DNA of 64,000 nucleotides. It comes from Nitrospirota bacterium (GTDB lineage: Bacteria > Nitrospirota > Thermodesulfovibrionia > Thermodesulfovibrionales > UBA9159). Under the pieces are notes generated by a model. The model did no database searches. It was not told where the DNA came from and was given only the letters and a program-made list of their open reading frames with translations. Where the stretch lies: assembly GCA_963699545.1 (NCBI GenBank), contig CAVOUE010000009.1:1-64000 (forward strand), written 5' to 3'. The translations under genes were made by a program, and so were the position numbers. The first letter of the stretch is position 1, and each line of letters begins with the position of its first letter. Positions 1-10,387 of the stretch are shown here, piece by piece.

Positions 1-3000
1 TAGTCGTAGGCGACATTGAACAGGCGGGCAAGCTGGCAAAGCAGAGTCTGGATGAGAAGATCGACCCCATGACCACAACAGAAAAGGGTCTTATCCCGGC
101 TATGGCAATAGTCAGCGAAAAGTATGATAAAAAGGAGTACTATCTGCCCCAGATGCTTCAGCTCCGAGCTTCTACTTCTACCCTGAAGGCGAAGATGAAG
201 GTCGAATCAGTGGGCAGAGGCAAGGTGCTGATCGGCGTTGTCGAAGGCGATGTCCATGACATCGGGAAGAACCTCGTGAGGATAGTGCTGGCATAACCAG
301 TTCGTCTGCATCGACATGGACCATGTGCCCATTGAAGACTATCTCCAGAAGCGAGGAGAAGCCCGATTTTCTCGTTTTCGGACCCTCATGACGCCGACGA
401 TGCTCAGCATGAAACCGACTGTGGAGGGACTGGTTGAAAATAGGCCTCCGGGACAGGTTGTGGGCATTGGGCGGAGGACCTATCTCCTGGGAATTTTGCA
501 AGAAAATAAGCAGATTTCTATGAGAACAATGAAAAAGAAGCCCTGAAAATGACATCAGTAGTTGGCAAATAAGGAGGAGGTGAGAAACTATGTCTTCGAT
601 GACTCCGTTAGAAACGTGTTGTTGCAGCCCTCACATTTAAAAGTCGGACCCGGGTGCCTGTCGCTCTTTATTTCCAGAGTGCCGCCCAGCATGACTTTGT
701 GGACCTGGACTTACGTGGGAGGAGGGGCTAACCATCCGAGAAAGCTCTTTCAGTCAATAGAGAGGCAGTATACCGAGTATGGGGCTCATAACTTCTTCCT
801 GCCCGTCCATTCGGGTCGAGGGCGAGGTCTGGGCTCGAAGTTGAATTACATGCTCAAGGTGCCGGCGGCCAGTGCATGGGTGTCGTCAGCGAATGGGTTG
901 TCAAGACCCCTGCGGATCTTGCCAAACTTTCAGTCCCGACCCCACCAAGGCCGAAGGATGCCGGTCATCCTGGAGGTGATCAGGAGAACGAAGAAGAAAT
1001 ATCCCGATGACGTGTTCGTGAACGGACCTCCGGATACGGTCACCGATGTTCTCGAGGTCGTACGCGGCTCTATGTGGATATGATGAACAGTACCTTTTTA
1101 TCCATGGAACTGCTTGAGCTCTGCAACCGAGACGTCCATCGCTTTTGCCAAGGCCATGCTCGAAGCGGGGGCCGTTGCGATAGCAACTGTTGAGGGCGGG
1201 ATGGTTGATGAGGCGGTCAGCGGTTGATCAGTATGCCAAGTTTGTTGTCCCGTACCACAGAAAGATCTGTGACGCCTATAGGGGCCCCGTAGTATTACCA
1301 CCAGTGTGAAAACGCTACTCCATTCCTATTTCTCATTGTCAATGAAATCCAGCCGATAGCGGTGGCGTTTCATGACTCGTTTCTGACCTGAAATGGGCAA
1401 AGGAGAAGTACGGGAAAAAGGTGGCTATTGCAGGGAACGTCTCGCCGTGTCAAAGTCTGATGCCGTCCTCATGTTCGAACACCTGATGACGTAATGGCGG
1501 CAGCAAAGAAATGTCTGGATTATGGCGGGGTCTCCGCCATCAGCTGGATGCGAGATTCACCACGGCGTTCCGCCGTGAGCATAAAGGCCCTTGTGAAGGC
1601 GGCTGCCCTGTACGGAGTTTACATGGCCTTTAGTAATCGGGGTATTTGAAAGAAAAAGGGAGGAAAACGGGGAGTAACAAGTAAACCGGAGCTCAAGGCA
1701 TAGTCGCCTCATCTGAGGCGACTATACCACATTTTCAGAAAAATTAGGCCTTCTACTAATATGCTGCAAAAAAGATGGCAAAGGTTTCAGAAGAGGTAAG
1801 ATGTTTTGTTATCAGTGTGAAAGGGCAGAAAATGGACACGATAATGACTGGGGGCCGCGGAAAAACTCCTGAGGTATCGGACCTTCATGTCCTGCTTGTA
1901 TTCGCGGCAAGGGCTTTCGGTGCTTGCCCTTGAGGGGACAGGAAAACCCATGCGGACAACGTTAATTTGACCCGACTTTTTTCCGTTTCATGTATAAAAA
2001 GGGGCGTAGAGCTCAGGACCGGTCAAGCGGTGAAAGAACTTCAGGCTGCAGGCATAAAAAAACAGGGCCTGGGTCCGGGGCGAATTTCCGGCCCGAAAAA
2101 AGCCGTGAGGGGAGTCAAGCAGGCGCAAAAACTGGCACTTTTTCGAGTGATTCTTTGGACCCTGGCGTCCTGCCCTGGCAGGGTCAATTCCATCGGCCCG
2201 GCATTTTGGACCCTGACGTCCTGTCCCCTCCGCAGTATGACGCTGTTCGGCTTAAAGGGCGTGGCAGCGTACACCGGCCATGCCCGGGACCTGGGACAGA
2301 CCGATGACGCCATATACTCTTTTTTCCACGAAATGCTGGCGTCCATGACCAGGAAAGACCTCTCCCTCTATGCCTGGGTGGGGTTGGCCCTGAAATGCGG
2401 AGAGATAGACGCGCCATGGAGCTGCTCGACAAGGGCAACACTGGCACCTACGGTGACCCCGTCCTTACCACGGGCACCCCTTGGGCACAAGAAAGGAAGG
2501 CTATTCTCGTTTCCGGACATGACCTCAAGGAACTTGAAGAGATACTCAAGCAGAGCGAGGCAAAGGTATATATGCTCACACGCATGGAGAGATGCTCCCC
2601 ACCCACGGCTATGGCTTCTGCAAGAAATACGCTCACTTTTACGGCCATTACGGGGATGCCCAGAACAGGGAGTTTGAGCAGTTTCCCGGGGCTATCCCTC
2701 CGTCCACCAACTGCTTCCAGAAGCCCCTCGATTCCTACAGAGACAAAGTATTCACGACTGGCGTTGTGGGCAGCCCGACTTCCAGTATATCACAAGAGTG
2801 ATTTTGCCCCCCTCAGGGCCTTTTCCCTCCCCGGCTTTTCGAAAGACGAGGACCTGGGCTCGGGCGCTGACCGGCGCGGCAAGGAATGCGGTCCTCAGCG
2901 TTGCGGGCACGGTAATAGAGGCGGTAAAGAGCAAGAAGATACGGCATTTCTTTCTTGTTGCCGGCTGCGATAGTGAGACGGAAGGAGTTACTGACGCCGA

Positions 3001-3834
3001 TTTTGTCGAAAAAGTGCCCAAGGATGTGTTGCGCTGAATTCTCCATGCGGAAGTTCCGTTTCTTCGACAAGAAAATGGGCGATATCGGCGGTATCCCGAT
3101 GGTCCTGGAGCGCAACGACGCTTATTCTATCGAGATAGCGGTCTTGCAAAGGCCTTCAACGTGGGGGTAAACGATCTCCCCCTTTCCATGGTCCTCTCGT
3201 GGAACGAGCAGAAGGCCGTGGCCATCCTGCTTTCGCTTTTCCACTGGGGATCAAGGCATTCGCATGGCCTGTCATTGCCGGCCTTCATAAGTCCTGGGTG
3301 CTGGGAGTGCTTATGAAAAACTTCAACGTAATGGCCATTACCACACCGGAAGCATGAGACCTTAAGGCTATCCTGGGAGCCGGTGCATAGGGAACTCAGA
3401 ATGATTTGCGTGGTTGAAGCTCTTGCATGGAGGTGAGGCAGTGAACCGGAAAGAGATTGTCTTATCAGCTTTTGATTTTAAGGAAAACGAAAGACTTCCC
3501 GCAGCCATTTTCGGAGGTGGAGTATGGACTATCCGACCGGATATGGCGAGGAACCGGAAAAGCTTGTAAAAAACCCGAAAAGGATGAGCGAAATTGTAAT
3601 AGAAGTGGCAGAGAAAATCCGATCTACATAGTCTATGAGCTCCGGTCTGAACAATGTTCGCCCGGGAGCGCTCGGAGGCAGGGTCGTCTATCGGAAAGTA
3701 GGGGCACCTCGTTGCCAACCGCTTGTCAGCTCCGCTGATGACCTTCAAAAAACTTGATCTGGCGAGAATAGACAGCGATCCCGTCCTTAACAATATCAGG
3801 GAAGCCACGAGGATTGTTTTCGAGCGCATAGGCG
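1..3834. repeat. Degraded inverted copy (fold-back arm) of 3869-7863; probable long-read hairpin artefact
   Basis: Base 1 onward is the reverse complement of 7863 downward. The arms meet at a ~34 nt centre (3835-3868). The left arm holds indel-riddled fragments of the corrinoid protein, methyltransferase and hcp genes. Confidence 0.93.
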
Positions 3835-3849
3835 CGTCGAGATGCTGTT

Positions 3850-4262
3850 ACGCAATGCACATATCGTTCGCCTATGCGCTCCGAAACAATCCTCGTAGCT
3901 TCCCTGATATTGTTAAGGACGGGATCGCTGTCTATTCTCGCCAGATCAAGTTTTTTAAGGTCATCAGCGGAGCTGACAAGCGGTTCGAAATCAGGTGCCC
4001 CTACTTTCCGATAGACGACCCTGCCTCCGAGCGCTCCGGGCAAACAGTTGTTCAGACCGGAGCCTGCATAGACTATGTCCGATCGGATTTTCTCTGCCAC
4101 TTCTATTACAATTTCGCTCATCCTTTTCGGGTTTTTTACAAGCTTTTCCGGTTCCTCGCCATATCGGTGGTAAGTCCATACTCCACCTCCGAAAATGGCT
4201 GCGGGAAGTCTTTCGGTTTCCTTAAAATCAAAAGCTGATAAGACAATCTCTTTCCCGTTCAC
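3850..4262 (-). CDS. MtaA/CmuA (uroporphyrinogen decarboxylase-like) methyltransferase, N-terminal part, truncated at the fold-back centre
   Basis: GGAGGTG RBS before GTG at 4262. The sequence (KEIVLSAFDFKETERLPAAIFGGG...GALGG...LVSSADDLKKLD...IREATRIVSERIG) resembles a URO-D family N-terminal half. ORF-track residues after ~3835 are mirror-image sequence. Confidence 0.7.
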
Positions 4263-4312
4263 TGCCTCACCTCCATGCAAGAGCTTCAACCACGCAAATC
4301 ATTCTGAGTTCC

Positions 4313-6001
4313 CTATGCACCGGCTCCCAGGATAGCCTTAAGGTCTGCTTCCGGTGTGGTAATGGCCATTACGTTGAAGTTTTTCATAAGCACTCCCAGC
4401 ACCCCAGGACTTATGAAGGCCGGCAATGACGGGCCAATGCGGATCCCCTTGATCCCCAGGTGGAAAAGCGAAAGCAGGATGGCCACGGCCTTCTGCTCGT
4501 TCCACGAGAGGACCATGGAAAGGGGGAGATCGTTTACCCCCACGTTGAAGGCCTTTGCAAGAGCTACCGCTATCTCGATAGCAGAATAAGCGTCGTTGCA
4601 CTGGCCCACGTCCAGGAGCCTCGGGATACCGCCGATATCGCCCATTTTCTTGTCGAAGAAACGGAACTTGCCGCATGCGAGAGTCAGCACAACACAGTCC
4701 TTGGGCACTTTTTCGACAAAATCGGCGTAGTAACTCCTTCCCGTTGTTCCACTATCGCAGCCGGCAACAAGAAAGAAATGCCGTATCTTCTTGCTCTTTA
4801 CCGCCTCTATTACCGTGCCCGCAACGCTGAGGACCGCATTCCTTGCCGCGCCGGTCAGCACCGAGCCCAGGTCCTCGTCTTTCGAAAAGCCGGGGAGGGA
4901 AAGGGCCTTCTTTATGAGGGGGGCAAAATCACTCTTTGTGATATACTGCATGCCGGGGCTGCCCACAACGCCAGTCGTGAATACTTTGTCTCTGTAGGAA
5001 TCGAGGGGCTTCTGGAAGCAGTTGGTGGACAGGAGGATAGCCCCGGGAAACTGCTCAAACTCCCTGTTCTGGTTATGCCAGGCGGTCCCGTAATGGCCGT
5101 AAAAGTGAGCGTATTTCTTCAAGGCCGGATAGCCGTGGGTGGGGAGCATCTCTCCATGCGTGTAGACATATATACCCTTTCCCTCGCTCTGCTTGAGTAT
5201 CTCTTCAAGTTCCTTGAGGTCATGTCCGGAAACGAGAATAGCCTTTCCTTTCTTGTGCCCAAGGGGTACCGTGGTAAGGACGGGGTCACCGTAGGTGCCA
5301 GTGTTGCCCTTGTCGAGCAGCTCCATGGCGCGTATGTTTATCTCTCCGCATTTCAGGGCCAACCCCACCCAGGCATCAAGGGAGAGGTCTTTCCTGGTCA
5401 TGGACGCCAGCATTTCGTGGAAAAAAGAGTATATGGCGTCATCGGTCTGTCCCAGGGTCCGGGCATGGCCGGTGTACGCTGCCACGCCCTTTAAGCCGAA
5501 CAGCGTAGTACTCCGGAGGGACAGGACGTCAGGGTCCAAAATGCCGGGCCGATGGAATTGACCTTGCCAGGGCAGGACGCCAGGGTCCAAAGAATCACTC
5601 GAAAAGAGTCCCAGTTTTTGCGCCTGCTTGAGCATTCCCTCACGGCTTTTTTCGGGCCGGAAATTCGCCGGACCCTCCGCAGGGCCTGTTTTTATGCCTG
5701 CAGCCTGAAGTTCTTTCACCAGACCGTCCCTGAGCTCTACGCCCCTTTTTATACATGAAACAAAAAAGTCAGGGTCGAAATTGACGTTTGTCGCGGTCGA
5801 GAAAAGCGCATCCACCGTGTACTCATCGACTTTCCTGTCTATTACCCCGGCTTTCCTGCCCTCAAGGGCAAGCACCGAAAGCCCTTGCAGCAAATATACA
5901 AGCAGGTCCTGAAGGTCCGATACCTCAGGAGTTTTTCCGCAGGCCCCGGTCGTTGTGCATCCTGTTCCATTTTCTGCCCTTTCACACTGATAACAAAACA
6001 T
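4313..6001 (-). CDS. hcp: Hybrid cluster protein (hydroxylamine/NO reductase)
   Basis: MFCYQCE...GCTTTGACGK N-terminal cluster motif; SGHDL, THGEMLP, GQCNDAYS and SWNEQKAV motifs; RBS before ATG 6001. Confidence 0.96.
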   Translation of the reverse strand: MFCYQCERAENGTGCTTTGACGKTPEVSDLQDLLVYLLQGLSVLALEGRKAGVIDRKVDEYTVDALFSTATNVNFDPDFFVSCIKRGVELRDGLVKELQAAGIKTGPAEGPANFRPEKSREGMLKQAQKLGLFSSDSLDPGVLPWQGQFHRPGILDPDVLSLRSTTLFGLKGVAAYTGHARTLGQTDDAIYSFFHEMLASMTRKDLSLDAWVGLALKCGEINIRAMELLDKGNTGTYGDPVLTTVPLGHKKGKAILVSGHDLKELEEILKQSEGKGIYVYTHGEMLPTHGYPALKKYAHFYGHYGTAWHNQNREFEQFPGAILLSTNCFQKPLDSYRDKVFTTGVVGSPGMQYITKSDFAPLIKKALSLPGFSKDEDLGSVLTGAARNAVLSVAGTVIEAVKSKKIRHFFLVAGCDSGTTGRSYYADFVEKVPKDCVVLTLACGKFRFFDKKMGDIGGIPRLLDVGQCNDAYSAIEIAVALAKAFNVGVNDLPLSMVLSWNEQKAVAILLSLFHLGIKGIRIGPSLPAFISPGVLGVLMKNFNVMAITTPEADLKAILGAGA

Positions 6002-6077
6002 CTTACACCTCCTTCTCAAAACCTTTGCCATCTTTTTTGCAGCATATTAGTAGAAGGCCTAATTTTTCTGAAAATGT

Positions 6078-6109
6078 GGTATAGTCGCCTCAGATGAGGC
6101 GACTATACC
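6078..6109. terminator. Perfect 15-bp inverted repeat between the methyltransferase gene and hcp (terminator or stabilising hairpin)
   Basis: GGTATAGTCGCCTCA-GA-TGAGGCGACTATACC, followed on the minus strand by only a short T run (ACATTTT). Confidence 0.55.
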
Positions 6110-6179
6110 TTGAGCTCCGGTTTACTTGTTACTCCCCGTTTTCCTCCCTTTTTCTTTCAATGCCCCAATTACTAAAGGC

Positions 6180-7245
6180 TTACTTGTAAACTCCGTACAG
6201 GGCAGCCGCCTTCACAAGGGCCTTTATGTTCGCGGGCGGAACGCCGTGGTGAATCTCACATCCGGCTGATAACAGAAACCCCCCTCCCGGCATGCCGATA
6301 TCCAGACATTTCTTTGCTGCCGCCATTACGTCATCAGGTGTTCCGAACATGAGGACGGCATCAGACTTTGACACGGCGACGTTCCCTGCAATAGCCACCT
6401 TTTTCCCGTACTTCTCCTTTGCCCATTTCAGGTCAACCGAGTCATGAAACGCCACCGCTATCGGCTGGATTTCATTGACAATCAAATCCAGGAATGGAGT
6501 AGCGTTTTCACACTGGTGGTAAATGTACGGGGCCCCTATGGCGTCACGGATCTTTCTGTGGTACGGGACAACAAACTTGGCATACTGATCAACGCTGACC
6601 GCCTCATCAACCATCCCGCCCTCAACAGTTGCTATCGCAACGGCCCCCGCTTCGAGCATGGCCTTGGCAAAAGCGATGGACGTCTGGGTGCAGAGCTCAA
6701 GCAGTTCATGGATAAAAGAAGGATCTCTCATCATATCCACATAGAGCCGCGTATAGCGACCCTCGAGAACATCGGTGACCGTATCCGGAGGTCCGTTCAC
6801 GAACCCTACGATTGGCACATCGGGATATTTCTTCTTCAGTTCTCCTGATCACCTCCAGGATGACCGGCATCCTTCCGGCCTTGGTGGGGTCGGGGACTGA
6901 AAGTTTGGCAAGATCCGCAGGGGTCTTGACAACCCATTCGCTGACGACACCCATGCGCATACCGCCGCCGCACTTGAGCATGTAATTCAACTTCGAGCCC
7001 AGAGCCTCGCCCTCGACCCGAAAATCGACGGGCAGGAAGAAGTTATCAGCCCCATACTCGGTATACTGCCTCTCTATTGACTGAAAGAGCTTTCTCGGAT
7101 GGTTAAGCCCCTCCTCCCACGTATAGTCCAGGTCCACAAAGTCATGCTGGGCGGCACTCTGGAAATAAAGAGCGACAGGCACCCGGTCCGACTTTTTAAA
7201 TGTGAGGGCTGCAACAACACGTTCTAACGGAGTCATCGAAGACAT
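6180..7245 (-). CDS. MtaA/CmuA-family (URO-D fold) corrinoid methyltransferase; one frameshift near 6840, probably a sequencing error
   Basis: ORFs 6706-7272 and 6180-6818 join into one URO-D family protein (MTPLERVVAAL...VEGEALG...GRMPVILE...YHQCEN...LSAGCEI). The fold-back copy reads through the junction in frame (RRTKKKYPD). Confidence 0.88.
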
Positions 7246-7261
7246 AGTTCTCACCTCCTCC

Positions 7262-7900
7262 TTATTTGCCAACTACTGATGTTGCCCATTTCAGGGCTTC
7301 TTTTTCATTGTCTCCATAGAAATCTGCCTTTATTTTCTTGCAAAATTCCCAGGAGATAGGTCCTCCACCGATGCCCACCTTGACCTTGTCCCGGAGGCCT
7401 TCCTCAACCAGTCCCTCCACAGTCCGTTTCATGCTGAGCATCGTCGGCGTCATGAGGGTCGAAAGCATCAGAAAATCGGGCTTCTCCTCAGCTACCTTCT
7501 GGAGATAGTCTTCGATGGGCACATCGCGTCCCATGTCGATGCAGACAAAACCATTTGCCTCCAGCACTATCCTCACGAGGTTCTTCCCGATGTCATGGAC
7601 ATCGCCTTCGACAACGCCGATCAGCACCTTGCCTCTGCCCTTTGATTCGACCTTCATCTTCGCCTTCAGGATATTAAAGGCCTCATAAAAGGCTTCGGAG
7701 CTGAGAAGCATCTGGGGCAGATAGTACTCCTTTTTATCATACTTTTCGCTGACTATTGCCATAGCCGGGATAAGACCCTTTTCTGTTGTGGTCATGGGGT
7801 CGATCTTCTCATCCAGACTCTGCTTTGCCAGCTTGCCCGCCTGTTCAATGTCGCCTACGACTACGGCGTGGTTAAGTTCTTGGAAGATCTTTTCACTCAT
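7262..7900 (-). CDS. Corrinoid (cobalamin-binding) protein, MtaC/MtbC-like
   Basis: GDVHDIGKNLV B12-binding motif, N-terminal cap domain, SxL and GGG motifs. Confidence 0.95.
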   Translation of the reverse strand: MSEKIFQELNHAVVVGDIEQAGKLAKQSLDEKIDPMTTTEKGLIPAMAIVSEKYDKKEYYLPQMLLSSEAFYEAFNILKAKMKVESKGRGKVLIGVVEGDVHDIGKNLVRIVLEANGFVCIDMGRDVPIEDYLQKVAEEKPDFLMLSTLMTPTMLSMKRTVEGLVEEGLRDKVKVGIGGGPISWEFCKKIKADFYGDNEKEALKWATSVVGK

Positions 7901-7977
7901 TGTGTTCCACCTCCTTAGATATTATGTTTACCATTTACCAACTGCTCATGCTTAGTCTTTCTCTACGTTGTTACCTC

Positions 7978-8748
7978 CTATCTCTTTTCATTCATTAGGC
8001 TCTTGGCTCGGTCAAATGCCCGCTCCAGAATATCGAGCGTCCCCTTCGCCTCCTCTATATAAAAGTCGAAAGACGCGGCGAACTTCTCTGTTTCAGTGCG
8101 CAGCGCTTCACGATTCCCGATGCCTGTGTCTACCATAAGAGCCCTCTTATAATCTGCCTTCTTAAATATCCATTTGACGGTGGAGATATCCGGGCAGTGG
8201 AGTTCCTTAACCAGCAGTGTTTCCCAGTGCTTGAGCCAGCCAGGGGTCACAAACCATGTGCCCGCCTCTTGACGAACCTGATCCAGATACTTCTCGGTCC
8301 CTCCCAGCACCAGGCAAACGCAATCATCGATCGTACTCCCGTCCTGATTTTGGGGCATCACAACAGGACAATTTAAGCCGGCCAATTGTTCTTCGATATT
8401 GAGGAGCACATTGCCGCAAAGTCCATAACCCAGCACAAGGACGTCACTCTTCTCACTCAGAATCCTTGCCTGCTCTGTAACCCCCTCTCTCAGCAAGGAC
8501 TTGTCCATGTGAAGACCGACGCGGAGCGTCATGGCCAGGACTTCGAAAGAGACCTTCGGGTCCGGCAGAAAGTCAGTTACGTTCTTAACTGTTGTGAACC
8601 TGTCACCCATCAACTGGTGAAGGGCCGCAATTATGTCTGTCGCAGGATCGCTCTCAATGAAAGCGACTTTTTCGATATCTGGGTCATGGGAAAGGATATG
8701 TGCCATCTCATCTTCAAGGACTTCGCATATCAAAAGCCCAATCACCAT
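7978..8748 (-). CDS. DUF1638-like protein (corrinoid methyltransferase accessory)
   Basis: C-x-V-L-E-D-E N-terminus; GLH, GYGLCG, DDCV..LGG and WFVTPGW motifs; lies next to the activase. Confidence 0.75.
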   Translation of the reverse strand: MVIGLLICEVLEDEMAHILSHDPDIEKVAFIESDPATDIIAALHQLMGDRFTTVKNVTDFLPDPKVSFEVLAMTLRVGLHMDKSLLREGVTEQARILSEKSDVLVLGYGLCGNVLLNIEEQLAGLNCPVVMPQNQDGSTIDDCVCLVLGGTEKYLDQVRQEAGTWFVTPGWLKHWETLLVKELHCPDISTVKWIFKKADYKRALMVDTGIGNREALRTETEKFAASFDFYIEEAKGTLDILERAFDRAKSLMNEKR

Positions 8749-8749
8749 A

Positions 8750-10384
8750 TCAATCCTCGGTAATCCTCATGGATTCGAGTAGGAAACCGTTAGAGCACTC
8801 TGCTTCACAACGCCGGCAGGCGGTGCCGTTACAGAGGTCGGAACGGATCAGTATCCTCTCTTTCCCATCCACTGTTTCGATATGTGCAGCGGTCTCCGGA
8901 CATTCATTGAGACATTTTCGACAGGCATCACCCAGGCACCCGGCGGGGAAATCAAGAGAGAGCTCGGTGCCCACGCTGTCCACGACAGTCAGGCCCATAG
9001 GACCGATTTCGATAATATCTCTCTTTGCGATGCGAATCAACTCCGGCGACGGGTGCGGCTGAGGAAAACCCTGAATGCCGTAGAGGGCAAGCATGCCGTT
9101 CATCATATGCGCCGGCATTCCCTCATCCCAGTAAGCCAGTTCACAGACATAGGCATTCTTAAAAACCTTCGAGTCGGCAAACATAATGTGCTTGGCGGTG
9201 ATCGTATCGGCCACTTTCTGGAGCATGTCCAGGAGCTCAGGACGTCTGACAATTTCAGTGGCGAGACACAGGCTTGTGTTCCCGGCCTGTATAATCCTGC
9301 CGGCTGAATTGGGAATAAGACCGACTTTCCGGGCCTTTAACGGGTCTACGTAAGTGCCTGATGCTCCTGTCATGTAAACAGCTTCCAGTTTCGGCAGCTT
9401 TATGCCGACCTCTTCGACGAGTGTCATATGCCCGGCTCGAATGGCGCCGATGGCCTTCCCCGCCTCTCTTACATCCTTTTCCGTCAGGAAGATTCCTTCG
9501 GTCATGTGCAGTTTTCCGTCGGCGGTGCTGATCTTTGGCGGGCCTACCAATCCTGCATCAATCCCTTCGGCGATCGCGGCAACAACACCCGTACCGGTAA
9601 TGCCTTTCGGCAGGTAGTTCGGGTCTCCCTCCAGAACGATCACCCCGTCTTTTGCACGGATGCTCGAACTGGAACGTGAGATGAGATCTGAATCGAGCAC
9701 ACGAATGTCCCAGACTCCGTCGGCAGAGATTATATCTGCAATGGCGCCCGGCTGAGCCAACATGCCGCAGGACACATGCTGTCCCTCCATGGCAGGTCCT
9801 GCCGCGGCCGAGCCTGTCAATATCTCGCCGCCTACCTTGATGGCCATTTCCGCGTTGGTACCATAATCCGTGACAATGGCCACCTCATCCTTATCAAGGA
9901 GGCCGGTAATATACATCATCGCTAAAGCATCTGCCCCTATCTCATGCCTGACTGCCGGCGGCACAAACAGCTCCGCTTTGTCGGATAGTTCTAACCCCAC
10001 ATCTGCGGCTCGAATGACACGCGCCGGCCGTTGGACAGGCTCAGTGATTCCCATCTTCTTGAGTCCCCGTTTACCGGCAAAGGCCAAATCTCTAATTTCC
10101 ATCCTTTGAAAGAGGGAAAGCTGGATAGGATTTCCGCAAATCGATACACGTCCCACTTCTTTCAGATCGATTGGAAGTGCGCGGATGACTTTGTGCACCG
10201 CATTGAGAATCAACTTGTGAGTAAGGTCATATCCCAGTTCAAGACAGAAGTGGAGATGGTCCATGACATTTGCACCCGGCAAAGGATGGCGGGTCGATAT
10301 AGCAGTCGCGATAACCCTGCCGTCTTCTCCAATGGCTTGTGCTCTAAAGCCGCTCGTCCCTAAATCTAAAGATAAGCCCTTCAT
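8750..10384 (-). CDS. ATP-dependent corrinoid reductive activase, RamA type (ASKHA fold plus C-terminal ferredoxin)
   Basis: DLGTSGFRAQ, HPLPGANVMDHLHF, HEIGADALAM, DYGTNAEM and GSAAAGPA motifs; C-terminal Cys clusters CLGDACRKC..ECPE and CNGTACRRCE. Confidence 0.92.
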   Translation of the reverse strand: MKGLSLDLGTSGFRAQAIGEDGRVIATAISTRHPLPGANVMDHLHFCLELGYDLTHKLILNAVHKVIRALPIDLKEVGRVSICGNPIQLSLFQRMEIRDLAFAGKRGLKKMGITEPVQRPARVIRAADVGLELSDKAELFVPPAVRHEIGADALAMMYITGLLDKDEVAIVTDYGTNAEMAIKVGGEILTGSAAAGPAMEGQHVSCGMLAQPGAIADIISADGVWDIRVLDSDLISRSSSSIRAKDGVIVLEGDPNYLPKGITGTGVVAAIAEGIDAGLVGPPKISTADGKLHMTEGIFLTEKDVREAGKAIGAIRAGHMTLVEEVGIKLPKLEAVYMTGASGTYVDPLKARKVGLIPNSAGRIIQAGNTSLCLATEIVRRPELLDMLQKVADTITAKHIMFADSKVFKNAYVCELAYWDEGMPAHMMNGMLALYGIQGFPQPHPSPELIRIAKRDIIEIGPMGLTVVDSVGTELSLDFPAGCLGDACRKCLNECPETAAHIETVDGKERILIRSDLCNGTACRRCEAECSNGFLLESMRITED

Positions 10385-10387
10385 TTC

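Noticed and set aside
1-3834. Apparent second, pseudogenised copy of the corrinoid protein, methyltransferase and hcp genes on the + strand
   Set aside because: It is the error-rich mirror of 3869-7863, best explained as a fold-back read, so it is not annotated as genes.
3723-4238. ORFs with self-mirrored protein sequence across the palindrome centre
   Set aside because: They result from reading through the fold-back junction.
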